DNA of 64,000 nucleotides from Octopus vulgaris (GCA_951406725.2 OX597836.1:36394001-36458000); one strand, 5' to 3'; counted from the first letter of the stretch, positions 51,826-64,000 are shown. A program made the numbers and translations. Notes: generated by a model not told the origin, from the sequence alone.

Positions 51826-54127
51826 CATCATTAGTTTTATTTTTTATAGCGTGCTTTCACTTCTCTACCGAGCGCAGCTCTCTGTGCGTTGGGTATGTGC
51901 TGTGATTTGTTGTAATGCTCTGATGGTTACTGTATTGAAATTATTATTATTATCATTCAGTAGTTTTATTTTTTATAGTGTGCTTTCACTTCACTACCGA
52001 GCGCAGCTCTGTGTGCCTTGGGTATGTGCTGTGATTTGTTGTGATGCTCTGATGGTTATTGTATGGAAAGTGTTCTGCGTAGGATGTGTGCAGTGCCTAG
52101 TAGTGCAATTTTCTGTATGTTATATGTGTTTGTAAGTCCTGGTGTTTTTGTTATGTATTTGTCTGAATATTTTTATATCATGATAAAATATTTTTTTATC
52201 CTACTATGATAGGAATTGTTTCTGTTTTTAGAATCCACATTCTGGTTACCTCTATTTCCAGGTCTTTGTATTTTGAGAGTTTCTCCATTTCTTTTAGAGA
52301 CACGTTGTCATCTGCCGGTACTGATACATCAATTAGAAACATTTTTTTCTTCATGATCTCTGACAACTATATCTGGTCTGTTGGCCTTAATTTCTCTATC
52401 TGTGTGTATCGGCACATCCCAGAGTATGGTTGCTTTCTCGTTTTCTGTGAACTTTTCTTGGTGTGTGCCTATACCATCTTTTTTCTGTTATTCCATAATG
52501 TTGGCATAGCTTCCAATTTATATAGGTTCCAACTCTGTCATGTCTGTGAATATATTCCTTCTTAGCCAGGACTGGGCAGCTAGAGATAATATGATTTATT
52601 GTTTCTTGTCCATCTCCACATATTCTGCAGTTACTTATTATATTTCTTTTCATTACATGTTTTTGGTAATTTCTGGTGGGGAGGCTTTGGTCTTGTGCTG
52701 CAATTAAAAATCCTTCTGTCTCTGCTTTGAGTCCTGAGCTTCTCAACCATTGCTGGGATTTTTCTTTGTCTATTTCTTTTGCATTTAGTTAAGGCCAGTA
52801 TTTACCATGATGGTGCTTTTCTTGCCATCGTTTTATCATGGTTCATTGCTGTTCTATTTTTAGTTTGGATTTCATTTGTTTTATAGCTTTTGTTGTTTCT
52901 TCATCTCCTTCTTCTTCTTCTTCTTCTTCTTCTTCTTCTTCTTCTTCTTCTTCTTCTTCTTCTTCATATTTGTTAGGTGGTATGATTTCTTGTTTGTATT
53001 TGTCAGCTTCCTTAAATACTGAGAACAGTTTTTTTATTTTGCTCGTGTTTTGCCGCTATTTGTATCAGTTTTCCTTCCTTCTGAAGTAGATATTTTTGTA
53101 GTCCTATGGTGGTTATTTTATAGTAGTTTTCCAGTTGTATTAGGCCTCTACCACCTTCTATACGTTGTATATATAGTCTTTCTATGTCAGATTTTGGGTG
53201 ATGCATCATAGATCCTGTCATTATTTTTCTTGTTTTCCTATCTATTTTGGTCAGTTCATTTAGTGTCCAGTTAAGGATATTGTAGCTGTAACTTATAACT
53301 GGAACAGCTAAAGTGTTAATACCTATTATCTTGTTTTTAGCATTGAGCTCTGTTTTTAGTATTGATCTAATTCGTCTATAATATTCTTTTTTTATTTTCT
53401 CTTTCATTTGTGTGTGTTGTGTCTTATCTAGTTCATGGATTCCTAAGTATTTGTAAGTTTGGCTTTGGTCTAATTCTTTTATTTCATTGGTTTTATCTAG
53501 TGTGATGTTGCTACTCTTTACTAGTCTTCCTCTTTTCATGGTTACTTTGGCGCATTTTTCCAATCCAAATTTCATATCTATTTCCTTGGTAAATCCATGA
53601 ACTGTCTTTACTAGTGTTTCCAGCTGTTTGTCATTTGCAGCGTATAGTTTTAGGTCATCCATATATAAAAGGTGGCTTATCGTTTTACCGTAACATTTAT
53701 ATCCGCATCCAGTACTATTTAGCATATCAGATAGAGGTGACAGTGCCAAGCAGAAAAGGAGTGGAGAGAGCGTGTTTTCCTGGAATATTCCTCTTCTAAT
53801 GGGGATGGATTTGGTTTTTATGAGTCCCTCTTTTGTTTGGATCTGTAGCACTGTTTGCCATTTATTCATAGAGTGTCCTATGAATTTTATAATTCTTGGT
53901 GCTACTTTGTTAATGGCTAGCGTTTCGACAATCCATGTGTGGGGGATGCTATCAAACGCCTTTTTATAGTCGATCGAGGCCATACTGAGGCCTTTCTTCT
54001 TTCTGTGGCTGTCTTCAGTTATGGCTTTATTAATCATTCGTTGATCTTTACAGCCACATGAGCCTTTGCGGCATCCTTTCTGCTCTTCTGGAAACAGGTT
54101 TGTTTTCGTCTAGGTGCTTGTTCAACC

Positions 54128-54128
<1 letters not shown>
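51826..54128 (-). mobile_element. 5'-truncated R4/Dong-clade non-LTR retrotransposon inserted in (AAT)n
   Basis: RT (EEQKGCRKG, IDYKKAFDSIPH, GIFQ..LSPLLF, HLLYMDDLKL, YKYLG), CCHC CRICG..ETINHIISSC, RHD, RLE endonuclease NRPDIVV..LIDVSVP..EKLSKYKDL; frameshifts; AAT runs on both sides. Confidence 0.95.
53012..54037 (-). pseudogene. Reverse transcriptase (R4/Dong), 341-aa open segment
   Basis: YMDD motif and RT domains 2-7. Confidence 0.95.
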
Positions 54129-54189
<61 letters not shown>

Positions 54190-54194
54190 ATTCA

Positions 54195-54280
54195 AGTCAC
54201 TGCTTGGAATCGAACTCGGAATCATGGGGTTAGTAGCCCGCGCTCTTGACCACTATTATGTGGAAAATTATGGAGTGAAT
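54195..54280 (-). other. tRNA-like module (A/B boxes) in the Penelope 3' region
   Basis: TAGTGGTCAAGAGC-GCGGG-CTACTAA-CCCCA-TGATT-CCGAGTTCGATTCC-AAGCAGTGAC. Confidence 0.7.
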
Positions 54281-54288
54281 TTTATGTC

Positions 54289-55090
54289 TTATAAAATTAA
54301 TATTTTTCTATCATTCCTTAATACCGTTTCACTTATACTACTCATATCTGCACTCAGTCTGCTTAGGAGGTTGTTGTGTCCTAGCATATGTGCTGCTTCT
54401 TTTAGTTTTCGTATTTTCCAGTGGTGTTCGCTGTCTATTACTTTAACTTCATCTCTGTCTATTATTTTAACTATATGGCCCTTCCCTATTTTTCCATACA
54501 TGATCAGCTATACCCGATTTATCAATATCTCTTCGGGCGGGTCACAGCTTTGCGATGTTAGTCTACCCTTATTTTGAGGGGGCGGCATGTTTCGCCTTTG
54601 TATAACCTACCACAGCTGCATGGGGTGGAGTACACGCGATTCTTAGTCATATTCTATTCTATTGGTGGTTTTACTCGAAGGAGATATTTGCGAAGTGTTG
54701 CATTAATCTTGAATACTGTCCTGATGTCATATGGGCCGCATATCTTTTGTATCTTTTTGGAGAGGCTTTTCAGATAGGGTAGACAGACTGTGGATAATTT
54801 ATTGGCCTCATCCTCTCTCGAATTCATAACTGGAGTGGATAGTCTTTTTTGAGGATAGTTATTGATTAACAGATTGTTATTGAGCTTTATCATTCCTTCG
54901 TGGTGTATATCACGGTCGTTACTTATATTCCTTGCACGATATTTTAGGCACTGAGCAATCCTTCTCTTTACACTGTGTGAATGTTGGGAATTGAAGTTGG
55001 AATATCGTCCAGTAAAGGTCTGTTTGCGGTATACGAATGTCCTGAATCCATAGTCGGTGCGTGTTATTAATACGTCCAGGAATGCCAGCT
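54289..55090 (-). pseudogene. Penelope RT thumb + GIY-YIG endonuclease, disrupted
   Basis: LAFLDVLI, VYRKQTFTGRYSNFNSQH, LPYLKSLS, VYSTPCSCGRLYKGETCRPLKIR, RKLKEAAHM. Confidence 0.92.
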
Positions 55091-55139
55091 GATCGAAAAT
55101 ACCATAGGAATGAGAAGACAGGTTCGAAATTACCCCCAA

Positions 55140-55185
55140 GACACCCGAAGAAGGCTGGAGGGTATATCAGCCGAAACGTTGTGTT
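55140..55185 (+). ncRNA. Minimal type I hammerhead in pLTR
   Basis: GACAC-CCGAAGAA-GGCTG-loop-CAGCC-GAAA-CGTT-GTGTT; the partner pLTR keeps canonical CTGATGAA. Confidence 0.75.
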
Positions 55186-55617
55186 AACAACAAACAAGAT
55201 GAGGACAAATATCCGTCGAATGTAAATAGTTTAAATAATATAAATAATGTACATAATTCCTCATCTCTTAAATATAAAACCATAGTAATACCAGTTCTTC
55301 ACGGAGAACCCCTGCGACAGCAAGGGATGCAGGGGATTAGCGCCGGCCCTGCTGTAAGCAAATTTATGACTTATGGTTACAGTTAGGGTTAGTATTTAGC
55401 CAGCATGGTGTTATTATAAGTATTTACCAAATTTTTATCTAATCACAATTATGTTTATCAGCAAACAACGTTTGTGTGAAAGTGTTGGTGTGAATGCGCA
55501 CGCGACAGGACCGTACACAGAAATCTTATTTAGAAAAGTAATTTTACATACCTTGCTGTCAATTCATTGGATTAATCCCAACGTTTTTGGTAACAACATA
55601 TTGTTTCTTGTAATTAA

Positions 55618-55639
55618 TCTATACATATAAAGCTGAAGT

Positions 55640-55685
<46 letters not shown>

Positions 55686-56097
55686 TGTGTGTTGCAGGTT
55701 TGGTAGCATTCAACTAACACTATCTCCTCCGAGAACCTGCAGCGCAATTTGACCAAAATTGAGAGTATGATAGAAGAAGGCTTGCTCTTTATACCGTAAG
55801 AGAAAACATTCAAATCGAACCATGTTAAGACTAAAAATTATTTACATCAAAAAGGTGGGGATTTTTTCTATGAAAATCAATATTTTTTATGATTTTTTAT
55901 TGCTGTGTCACCATTTTTCGGTGTATTTTAATCTATAAAATGTTCACTTAAAGAGATTAATAAGCTACATAATGCAAAATTATTACTTTCAAAAAAGATT
56001 GAAACTATGTCAAAACGTTGTTAGCGCCACATCAAAGTCTACCGTTGTAAGTGCAACTAAAAAAACAAACCCGAGCAACGCCGAGCTATGCTGCTAG
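55618..56097 (+). mobile_element. Non-autonomous Helitron with internal (TG)n
   Basis: A|TCTATAC start, 3' hairpin CCCGAGCAACGCCGAG, CTAG|T end, no TSD. Confidence 0.8.
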
Positions 56098-56632
56098 TTA
56101 TTGAAAAAATGAGAAAAATACCATCTCCTCTTTTGCAGAAGAAATTCATTTTGGTGGGAAGGACTAAAGCCCTTGTTTCATTGTCAGAATTAAAAAGTGT
56201 TTATCTTTACTTTAAAAGACAAAGAGGTGGGGTCGTTGACGCATGACGGAGAATTATTCAATGAGAATCATTTGCCTATAAAGCAAAAAAGCAAAACCGA
56301 CGTATATGACAGGTATGTAAAACATATTTCTGTTTACTTTCTCTTCATTTGCATCAGCTCTAGAGATTGTTGCGCGCACACACAAACAGGGAAAATTTCC
56401 AGACATTTTACTGTTATTTTTAGCAGTTCATTTTCAGTTTAAAATTTAAAATTTGGTGGGGAGGTGAGGTTTAAAATTTTAAAAACATGTTTTTTTGCAT
56501 ATTGGAAATCACCGTCATCGAAAACATAAGAATCCGCAGAAAACGAAAATCGGAGGGGCGTATAGAGGGGGGAGGGCTACACCGCCTATATGTGAAGGGC
56601 CATAATTTGCCCCAACCCCGCAATTTAGTATA

Positions 56633-56863
56633 TATTTCTTTACTACCCACAAGCGGCTAAACATAGAGGGGACAAACAAGGACGGACAAAGGGATTAAGT
56701 CGATCACATCGACACAGTGCGAAACAGTACTTTATTTAATCGACCCCGAGAGGATGAAAGATAAAGTCGACCTCGGCGGAATTTGAACTCAGAATGTAAC
56801 GACAGACGAAGTACCGCTAAGCATTTCGCCCGGCATGCTAATGTTTCTGCCAGCTCGCCGCCT
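56633..56863 (-). mobile_element. Family M SINE monomer
   Basis: Full head, core and tail; flanking CCAAT/AATTTAGTATA duplication. Confidence 0.88.
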
Positions 56864-57178
56864 CTTCATGCCAAATTTAGTATAGGTTGATCCAACGGTT
56901 TGACGGTGCATATATGTGTCAATGTGTGTGGGTGTGGGTGTGGGATGGGTGCATTTTATTTTGCTAAAGTAAAAAATAAAATTTCTTGGCAATGGTGATA
57001 CTATATAAAACTGTTATGGACGTTATTGATTCTAGTCTCTTTAGATTAACTGTCATTGAATATGAAATATTTTCGTTGGCGTTTTAATACATCGGTTGAG
57101 CTAATCGGTCTGAAAACAAATAAAAGTAACAAATTCACTAACAAGATGCGTAGTAAATTTATAACACTATGTCTTCAT

Positions 57179-57485
57179 GTGGAGGCGCAATGGCCCAGTG
57201 GTTAGGGCAGCGGACTCGCGGTCGTAGGATCGCGTTTCGATTCCCAGACCGGGCGTTGTGAGTGTTTATTGAGCGAAAACACCTAAAAGCTCCACGAAGC
57301 TCCGGCAGAGTGTTGGGGCGATCCCTGCTGTACTCTTTCACCACTCTTTCTCCCACTCTTTCTTCTGTTGGCCTGCTCGCTTAGCCAGTTGGGAGGCGTC
57401 GTTCGAAGGCTAAAACAATGCGAACGCATTGTGACCAGCGATGTATAACAACATCTGATGGTCTGGTCGGTCACGTGATCACGTG
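57179..57485 (+). mobile_element. Family K SINE, tail type CACGTGAT
   Basis: tRNA head; TSD ATGTCTTCAT. Confidence 0.9.
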
Positions 57486-57848
57486 ATGTCTTCATATCTG
57501 TTGCTGGCACATGATAGAGCGTTAAGTTTTAAAATAAACTCGATATATATACTTTAGAGATTAGAAATATTAACATTAAGAAGACAATACTGTGCCATTT
57601 ATTGAATGCTAACTATTAACTTCTGATCAATATCTATTAAGCTAGAACAGTTTGACATAGTGTTGGTTATTTTCCTGGTGTATTCATTGAATACGAAATA
57701 GCTTGCAGAAGTTTACCACCTCGTAAATTAATTCATTTGGGTATACTGATAAAAAACATATTAGAGCTCAATGTATTAAATCACCTCAATTACTGTTCGC
57801 GAGAAGAAAACTACTTTGACACTAAGAAAATAAAATAGATAAAGATAT

Positions 57849-58230
57849 GGGCGTAGGAGTGGCTGTGTGGTAAGTAGCTTGCATACGAACCACATGGTTC
57901 CGGGTTCGGTCCCACTACGTGGCACCATGGGCAAGTGTCTTCTACTATAGCCTCGGGCCGACCAGAGCCTTGTGAGTGGATTTGGTAGACGGAATCTGAA
58001 AGAAGCCCGTCGTATATATGTATATATATATATTTGTATGTGTGTGTATGTGTTTGTGTGTCTGTGTTTGTCCCCACAACATCGCTTGACAACCGACGCT
58101 GGTGTGTTTACGTCCCCGTAACTTAGCGGTTACGAAGAATAAGTCCAGGGGTCGATTTGCTCGACTAAAGGTGGTGCTCCAGCATGGACACAGTCACGTG
58201 ACTGAAACAAGTAAAATAAGTTAAAAGAGT
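57849..58230 (+). mobile_element. Family N bipartite SINE
   Basis: Head GGCGTAGGAGTGGCTGTGTGGT, B box GGTTCGGTCCC, internal TA/TG microsatellite. Confidence 0.85.
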
Positions 58231-58482
58231 ATAGAGAAAATATTGCTGAGGCGGACAAAAAGGTTAGATAAATATTTAAATCTCAAGTTCAATGTTAGAA
58301 AATTAGCGATTTTGCGGAAGAAATAAATGGAAAATTAATGTAAAGCTTTTGAAAGTCTTACTAAACGACAGAATACTTTAACACGATGAATTAATATAGA
58401 AGACTTAGCTCAGTTACTCCATGTGTTTGAAGACATTGTGGAATTTTACTTCAATCACCCATATGGTTATGTTTGTGGATAT

Positions 58483-58922
58483 ACTCTTTTACTCTTTTAC
58501 TTGTTTCAGTCATTTGACTACGGTCATGCTGGAGCACCGCCTTTAGTCGAGGAAATCGCCCCCCCCCCCATGACTTATTCTTTGTAAGCCTAATACTTAT
58601 TCTATCGGTCTCCTGGGCCGAACCGCCCGCTATGTTACGGGGACGTAAGCATACCAACATCGGTTGTCAAGCGATGGTGGGGGGACAAGCACAGACACAC
58701 AAACATACACACACACATATATACATATATATAGTTAATCCAAACATGAAAACACAAAGAGAAAACACAACAACGCGAGGACGTGGAACAAGTGTAGTGT
58801 TATTGGACTCTCAGGAAAGGAAAGAAACGTTTCGAGCGGAGCTCTTCGTGAGAAACATAGGAAAAGGAAAGATCCAGGGAAGGGAAGACGGAGGAAAAAA
58901 ATCGGCAACGGTACACACGTGG

Positions 58923-58975
<53 letters not shown>

Positions 58976-59153
58976 TACATACATATATACGACGGGCTTC
59001 TTTCAGTTTCCGTCTACCAAATCCACTCACAAGGCTTTGGTCGGCCCTAGGCTATAGTAGAAGACATTTGCCCAAGGTGTCAAGTAGTGGAATTGAACCC
59101 GGAACCATGTGGTTGGTAAGCAAGCTACTTACCACACCGCCACTCCTACGCCA
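58483..59153 (-). mobile_element. Family N SINE carrying a Penelope pLTR remnant in its internal (TA)n
   Basis: Reverse complement of 57849-58230 with an insert at 58732-58925. Confidence 0.85.
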
Positions 59154-59476
59154 ATATATATGCGGGAAATAATGCATTTAAAGATACAATGTATTTTGGG
59201 TCTTAAATCGCAATGGGCGGTTTCGCTTAATCATGCTCTGTACGACCTAGCGCATTTGGTTTAAAAAATAACATGCACATCGTTGTCATGGTAGTCACAT
59301 AAATCTATTTTGTAAATAAATCTCAGCTTGACTATAAATTTATAAATTTTCAGTTGTTTATTCAACAGTACTACCAGACACATTGCATCAACTTTAAAGT
59401 GGTAGAGTATTCCACAGACATCTGTACAGTTTGCCTGATTGTTAACCAGAATGAATGTAGCATCGTGTGACTAGAC

Positions 59477-59683
59477 CAGTGGCTCCCAAACTTTTTAAAG
59501 TTGAGACCCACTATTTATCACACCAGTTTATGACGACCCACTTATTGAAAACATAAGTCTTGAACTATCTCGATAGACAGCAGTTAATCAAAGCTAATGC
59601 GTAATTTTATAACTTTTTGCGACCCACTAAGATTCCGTTCGCGACATATCTATGGATCGCAGCTCATAGTTTGGGAACCAGTG
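59477..59683. mobile_element. hAT (Charlie-like) MITE
   Basis: TIRs CAGTGGCTCCCAAACT/AGTTTGGGAACCAGTG; perfect 8-bp TSD GACTAGAC; GCGACCC motifs. Confidence 0.9.
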
Positions 59684-60299
59684 GACTAGACTGCCTTTGA
59701 ATTACTAGCCGATAGAATAAGTACTAGGCTTACAAAATAAGTCCAGGGGTCGATTTTTCGACTATAAGCTATCAAGTGGTACTCCAGCAAGACCGCTGTC
59801 AAATGACTGAAAGAAGTAAACGAATAAAAGATTAAAATAATGCAGTCCATCCGATGAGATTCCATACAGTTTTTATCGACTTATTTTCACTTGCATAACA
59901 TGGGTTTGATCAAAGTCGGGAATTTCAGATTGGGAAGCGAACCTCTTTATCATATCGGAGTACGTTAGCAAGTGCAGTAAGGTCGTTTAAATATCTCTAT
60001 TACCAAGATATCATATGTTGTAAGAATCTCTTTTAGGCCATAGAAGAGTTCAATAATCGCTATTGCACTGGTGCATAATTAAAAACCGTATTATAATATA
60101 ATTTATGGAAGTTTGAGGATAAAAAATTTTTTAAACTCTCGTTAAAAATGCACCAACGCAATACAATCTCATTCCAATACTGCATATTTCTACCACATTA
60201 GAACCAGATCTATTCCAGTCTACAATGCTTATGAAGAACATGCGAGGGATTTCTAAAAAAATTGTGGTCTTAAGAGTATCACGAAAGGCCTTGCTGGAG

Positions 60300-60449
60300 G
60301 CTCGACATTACGAATAGTGTTACAGTGGCTTACAAAGACTGAAGGACCATAGCAATAAGTGTGGAAATCGGAGAGGATAATATGATGTATAAAACCATAA
60401 TCTATTTTCTTTTACCGAAAGCCAGGTACCTTTCAGCAACCCCTCGTGA
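60300..60449 (+). mobile_element. Mariner 3' end remnant
   Basis: GLQRLKDHSNKCGNRRG*YD then TIR-like ACCTTTCAGCAACCCCTCGT. Confidence 0.55.
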
Positions 60450-60785
60450 ATGTAGATATATACATGTATATATATATATGTGTGTGTGTGTATGTATATA
60501 TATATAAAATCAAAATAAGCAACAAGGATATCCATGGTAGTGTAGTACAATCGTTTCATGTTACTTCATTTTATTAAACAATGTAAGCAATACATCAGTT
60601 TTAAAATGTAGAGAAATCTTCAGCCACATATAGAATTTTTATAATTAAATGGACAATGTACATTTTTATACTTATTTCATTTGCCAACATTACAAAGAGG
60701 GTAGATATATAGACAGAGAGGTTAATTTCATCATTAAGAACATGGTAGTAGAATGTCCTTCTTCATCTGCAGATTTTTTATCACT

Positions 60786-60837
<52 letters not shown>

Positions 60838-60838
<1 letters not shown>

Positions 60839-61350
60839 ATAAACGTTCCATGAACATTTTAGCGTTTATGTTTGCATTCATAGCAATTTCTCCGTATACT
60901 ATGTATATTATTGCATCATAACCTGAGCGTGTTTGCACAATAACCATAGCATCAACAAGGCGGTGAAGTTATGAAACGATTGTAAAAGTTGAGAAGCAAT
61001 ATATTACTACGTTAATTATATTGATGTTTACGTAGCATCTTGTGTATAAGACTCTATCTCTCTCTATATATATATATAAATGTGTGTGTGTGTGTGTATG
61101 TGTATGTGTGTGCATTTATATATATATAAACTTATACAGAAGGTACTACATATATATAAACATAATATTCGTAGTAATATATTGCCTCTCAACTTTTACA
61201 AACGTTTCAGATCTTCACCGCTTAATTGATGCAATGGTTATTGTGCAAACACGCTCATATTATGATGCAAAGATATACGTGTATATATTATATATGTGTA
61301 TAAATTGCTACGAATACAAACATAACGTTAAAATGTTCATGATACGTCCA
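60838..61350. repeat. Old ~200-bp inverted repeat pair around a microsatellite
   Basis: e.g. TGAGCGTGTTTGCACAATAACCAT vs ATGGTTATTGTGCAAACACGCTCA. Confidence 0.75.
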
Positions 61351-61507
61351 TACTAACAGACTTGTGAAATTCTACAAAGAAACGTATGTTTTTGTCAAAT
61401 ATTACCACTCTTATATAACATCGTGTATAAAGGAACTAGCGGCATCTCTAATTTTATGTCCAGGATTTGTATTCTTCTAAATAGAAATGTGTGCGCATGT
61501 GTAAACA

Positions 61508-61576
<69 letters not shown>

Positions 61577-61963
61577 GCACATACACACACGTTGTATTTA
61601 TGAATGACATCGGGACAGACATTACGCAAACATGTACATTAGCTCAAATTTAATGCGTTTGACGAAGGGCATTGAACTCTGGCTATAAAGGTCACTAATG
61701 GCGAAATAGCTGTAAGATCATAAAAGTTGTTACGAAACTTCTATTCTTTTCTCACATACTATATTAATGGAATATAAAGCTCTGTAGTGACCTACGATTT
61801 CAGATCTTCTTCAGGGAGGAAGAAGTCTGCAAATTCGCAACTGATTACAAATATGAATATATATAATGAGAATATATAAAATTAGTGCGTCATATATTTC
61901 TATATATAATTCGAAATGCAACGTAACTTATGTATGCATACATAAATACACACACACACGCAC

Positions 61964-62077
<114 letters not shown>

Positions 62078-62644
62078 GATTTGGTGATAACGAACAGTTC
62101 TTCTAATGGCTCAAAATTGCCTTTGTTTGGGCATTTGTCATATGAATGAAGAGTATTTTCGAGCTTGGAACGCATTGCTTGCTCGGAAATGATTGTAACT
62201 TCAGATTATCTCCGCGACTCTCTCCTTTCTGCCTTTAATTGTTTTACCAACAAGCTCCGACAAACAATCTGCTCTTTGAGTAGCATTCCGCTTCTGCTGG
62301 GTATTGAAGCTTCTCCTACATGTACACGTCCTCTACATGAGTACGACTGGACACTGCAGGAAATTTCTCCTCCATTTCGTCTTGTTCTTCTTAAAAACTT
62401 AGAAGATTTCCTCGAATAACTTAGCACTACCAGTCATTCGGAACTCTTTCCCGCCTTCGTTCTCGTTCTAAGGAGAAAAGTTTTAAAAATTTCAGGTATA
62501 TATATATATATATATATTGTATAGAGGGCATTATTACACATAAATGCCACACGCTAGGCGGGACTTTCAAAGTCATTACTACCAAAAGTAAACGAATCGT
62601 ACCGAATACAGCTCTCGAAACAAGACATTTACAAACAGAATTTA

Positions 62645-62720
62645 GTTCCAGATCACCTGTGATTTCGCAATTAACGTATAATCTACGTGTTTTGTTCATC
62701 AGTGATGAACAAAACACGTA
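62645..62720 (-). ncRNA. Type I hammerhead abutting a perfect palindrome
   Basis: CTGATGA-ACAAAACACGTA-GATTA-TACGTTAATTGC-GAAA-TCAC-AG-GTGA-TC-TGGAAC. Confidence 0.7.
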
Positions 62721-62744
62721 TATAAAAAATATGTTTATATTAGC

Positions 62745-62818
<74 letters not shown>

Positions 62819-62822
62819 TGTG

Positions 62823-62855
<33 letters not shown>

Positions 62856-62958
62856 CTATGTGCAAGCATATATACGTATGTATGTATATATGTAAACACA
62901 CACTCGCACAATCACATATGTATATAAACTTATACAAACACAATCACATTTCAGTACG

Positions 62959-63000
<42 letters not shown>

Positions 63001-63019
63001 TGTGTGTGTGTGTGTGTAT

Positions 63020-63322
63020 ATCACCGTGATCACCGTGACCGACCAGGCTATCAGATGTTGCTACACATCGGTGGTCACAATGCGCTTCGCATTGTTTTAG
63101 CCTTCAAATGACGTCACACTGCTGGCTAAGCGAGCAGGCCCACAGAAGAAAGTGTGAGAGAAAGTGGTGGCGAAAGGATACAGCAGGGATCGCCCCAACA
63201 CCCTGCCGGAGCGTCGTGGAGCTTTAGGTGTTTTCGCTCAATAAACACTCACAACGCCCGGTCCGGGAATCGAAACCGCGATCCTACAAGTGCGAGTCCA
63301 CTGCCCTAACCACTGGGCCATT
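63020..63322 (-). mobile_element. Family K SINE, tail type CAC(G)GTGAT
   Basis: Reverse complement of 57179-57485. Confidence 0.88.
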
Positions 63323-63885
63323 AGTGTATATATATATATATATAAACGAATGTATACGCGAGTGAGTGACCAAGCGCCTATGTGCGAGTGTGTACCAGTA
63401 AATGTGAGTGTATGACTGTAGAGTGTGCAGCTGCAGTAGGAGCCGCTCCCACGAGTTATTTCAGTACAGAAACTAGTATAAACAACTCATCTCCTAGATT
63501 AGGATGCTTTAGAAGCTGTTAAGTCTATGGGAAAAAGAGCTACAATAAACGAGATATATTCTAGGAGGAATATGGTTTGATCTAGCAGCAGATCTATAAT
63601 TAGTAATAAAACATATTCTCATTGTCGATAATCGATGTCAGCTCGAAATAAAACACCTCTTCGCATGTGAATCAACATCATTTATTTCCTCAGCCAGCCA
63701 TTGAAATCTTCCACGCAGATAACAGATAACAGATAAACATCAACATCCAATAAATGGAACGCTTATTTATTTTAGCATTAACATCGCCATAACGATATTT
63801 TAGCGACAAAAGCAAAGCAAATAAGGAATATATTACAGAGCTTTAAGAAGAAATGGTATGGGAGTGCCATGTTTGTATATGTGTG

Positions 63886-63916
<31 letters not shown>

Positions 63917-64000
63917 CATTATATGTGTATACATGTGTTTATATATATATATATATACGTTTATATTATATAAATATATATATATATATGTATATGTATA

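Larger units (their letters stand above)
51632..55283 (-). mobile_element. Penelope/Poseidon-like element, 5'-truncated, with inverted pLTR, split by a Dong LINE
   Basis: ORF 55090-54289; 3' pLTR 51632-51736 (-) and inverted copy 55091-55283 (+) share ATCGAAAA.TACC..AGGTTCGAAATT..GAAGGCTGGAGG..GACAAATATCCGTCGAA. Confidence 0.85.

Overview
AT-rich, microsatellite-saturated eukaryotic non-coding DNA, most likely from an octopus (coleoid cephalopod). That is inferred from the SINE/repeat repertoire and not verified. I found no confident host protein-coding gene: almost all ORF-track entries are translated (TA)n/(CA)n/(AAT)n/(GAA)n/(CAT)n runs or SINE read-throughs. The recognisable coding remnants are all transposon-derived: two Penelope-like elements (GIY-YIG), R4/Dong RLE-type LINE pieces, RTE and CR1 3' ends, DD37D(maT)/mariner transposases, a deleted Gypsy LTR element and a Helitron Pif1 helicase. 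There are also many tRNA-derived SINEs with TSDs, plus Merlin, hAT and Helitron non-autonomous elements. Most interesting signals: (1) One SINE family repeatedly integrates as head-to-tail multimers (2-8 units, including a heterodimer) inside single TSDs. The join is always at the same nucleotide, where the RNA 3' tail is complementary to an internal hairpin arm, suggesting programmed template jumping or pseudo-rolling-circle reverse transcription. (2) About ten hammerhead-ribozyme motifs, several with non-canonical cores, sit in short fold-back elements embedded in (TA)n. (3) A Penelope element carries a tRNA-like Pol III module upstream of its hammerhead repeat and is itself split by an (AAT)n-targeting Dong LINE. 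(4) SINE heads, bodies and tails occur in shuffled combinations.
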